Source: an uncultured Acidobacteriota bacterium (lineage in GTDB: Bacteria; Acidobacteriota; Blastocatellia; RBC074). Taken from it: a stretch of DNA of 64,000 nt. A program made the position numbers and the translations under genes. Positions within the stretch are counted from its first letter, which is position 1, and the number at the start of each line of letters is the position of its first letter. Under the pieces are notes generated by a model. It saw only the letters and a program-made list of their open reading frames with translations. It was not told where the DNA came from and searched no databases. The DNA lies in the NCBI GenBank assembly GCA_963796275.1, contig CAWCKY010000006.1, positions 1,600,001 to 1,664,000 of the forward strand, written 5' to 3'. Below, one piece after another: positions 62,568 through 64,000 of the stretch.

Positions 62568-62611
62568 GATGAGCCCTGAAAAGTGCAATGGTGTTAAATT
62601 ATAGGTCGATA

Positions 62612-62830
62612 ACCCCGGTGGGGGGGAGGGTAGCCGGTGATCGGAGCGCAGCGTCAATCCCTGGAGGGGTATTTCCGCATCCAGAAGGGATGCGAGAACA
62701 GCCAGAAATGCGATAGATCACTCTCTCGCGTCCCTTCAGGATGCGAAGCTCTTTGGGACGGTCCCAGGGGTTTCCGCTGCGCTCCAACCCCTGGCTACCT
62801 TCTATTGCCCCTCTGGGGCATACCGACCCC
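62612..62830. repeat. REPIN-like nested palindromic element (family C-related)
   Basis: GCATCCAGAAGGGATGCGAGA/TCTCGCGTCCCTTCAGGATGC, and CCAGGGG..CCCCTGGCTA as at ~50 kb. Confidence 0.7.
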
Positions 62831-62906
62831 TTAATTAAATGCTATTGCTTTTGTGGGGTTAAGGTCGAATTAACGACCACGTTATAATTTTCGAGGAGTT
62901 ACACGG

Positions 62907-64000
62907 ATGCTACGGATCGACACAGAATTAACGAAGCATTTCAAAAGCCTGGGCTTTTTAGTTTGTTTCGCTATTTTCGTTTGTTTCGTCTTCTCTCTTC
63001 AACCTGCTATCACCTCGCAATCCGACAAGGATATCGAGAGAAAGACTGACGTCCTTCTGGGGCAGATGACGCTCGAAGAGAAGCTCGGCCAGCTTCAGCA
63101 GCTCGACGGCCACGCCGATGGCCGTTACCGCGAAGAGCACGTCGAACTTATCCGCAAGGGGCAGCTGGGCTCGACGCTTAACGTCCGCGGAGGGGCGCGC
63201 ACCAATGAACTGCAGCGGATCGCGATGGAAAGATCGCGGCTGAAAATCCCGGTACTATTCGCCTTCGACGTTATTCACGGATACCGCACGGTTTTTCCCG
63301 TCCCTCTCGGTGTCGCATCGAGCTGGGACCCCGCCGCCGCCGAACGGGCAGCGAGCATTGCCGCCGTCGAATCGGCCGCGGCCGGCGTTCGATGGACCTT
63401 TGCACCGATGGTGGATATCGCGCGCGATCCGCGATGGGGCCGCATCGTCGAGGGTGCGGGAGAGGATCCATACCTCGGCTCAGCCATGTCCGCGGGCCGG
63501 CGTGCTCGGTTTCCAGGGGAGGGATTACAGCGCGCCGGATAAGGTCGTGGCGTGCGCAAAGCATTGGGTCGGTTATGGCGCAGCCGAAGGCGGGCGCGAT
63601 TACAACACGACCGATATCCCGGAAAATACGTTGCGCAACGTTTATTTCCCGCCGTTCAAAGCGGCCGTAGATGCGGGCGTCGGAACTTTCATGAGCGCAT
63701 TTAACGATTTGAACGGGATCCCCACATCGGCCAACCCGTTCACGCTCACCCGAATCCTGCGAGGTGAATGGAAGTTCGACGGCTTCGTGGTCAGCGATTA
63801 TGAATCGGTTCGCGAACTGCTCAATCACGGGATTGCTGCCAATGAGGCGGAAGCGGCCCGCCTCGCCCTCACCGCCGGCGTCGAGATGGAGATGGTCAGC
63901 CGTCTTTACAACAAGCATCTGCCTTTGTCGGTAAAAGAAGGCAAAGTATCAATGGCGGTGATCGACGAGGCGGTGCGGCGCGTCCTGCGCATCAAATTGC
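62907..64000 (+). CDS. bglX: GH3 beta-glucosidase (BglX-like), frameshift near 63495, 3'-truncated by the window edge
   Basis: MTLEEKLGQL, DVIHGYRT.FP, FAPMVDIARDPRWGR..EG.GED, then in another frame ACAKHW..AEGGRDY, MSAFN and GFVVSDY (nucleophile Asp). Confidence 0.9.

Overview
Bacterial DNA, probably Acidobacteriota and Blastocatellia-like. This is inferred from the TonB-dependent receptor style (GGP.YLPRFGEGGP) and the dense palindromic intergenic repeats. Layout: (1) 1-3.2 kb, the 3' part of an Rhs polymorphic toxin, its putative immunity gene and a decayed Rhs-core remnant. (2) 3.3-9 kb, minus-strand metabolic genes (lactate permease, zwf, rpiB, DinB, gluconolactonase). (3) 9.2-41.7 kb, a ~32 kb minus-strand Wzx/Wzy-type exopolysaccharide/capsule locus rich in tailoring genes: two AsnB homologues, two deacetylases, an ACP, two GNAT-like proteins, a DegT aminotransferase and a stalked metallophosphoesterase. 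Its Wzx flippase is fused to kinase-like and methyltransferase-like domains, and its distal three genes are open ORFs with altered catalytic motifs. (4) 42.6-51.5 kb, an acyltransferase, a GntR regulator, a 1710-aa membrane protein and a BNR-repeat protein. (5) 51.5-64 kb, a LacI-regulated glycan-utilisation locus (MFS, two paralogous TBDRs, TPR protein, GH3). Several MITE/REPIN-like and short-period palindromic repeat families fill the spacers, and some appear to have been recruited into protein termini, including signal peptides. Four single-base frameshifts (rpiB, wzy, wza, GH3) look like sequencing errors. I saw no rRNA, tRNA, CRISPR array or transposase. All calls come from reading motifs by eye; no database searches were run.
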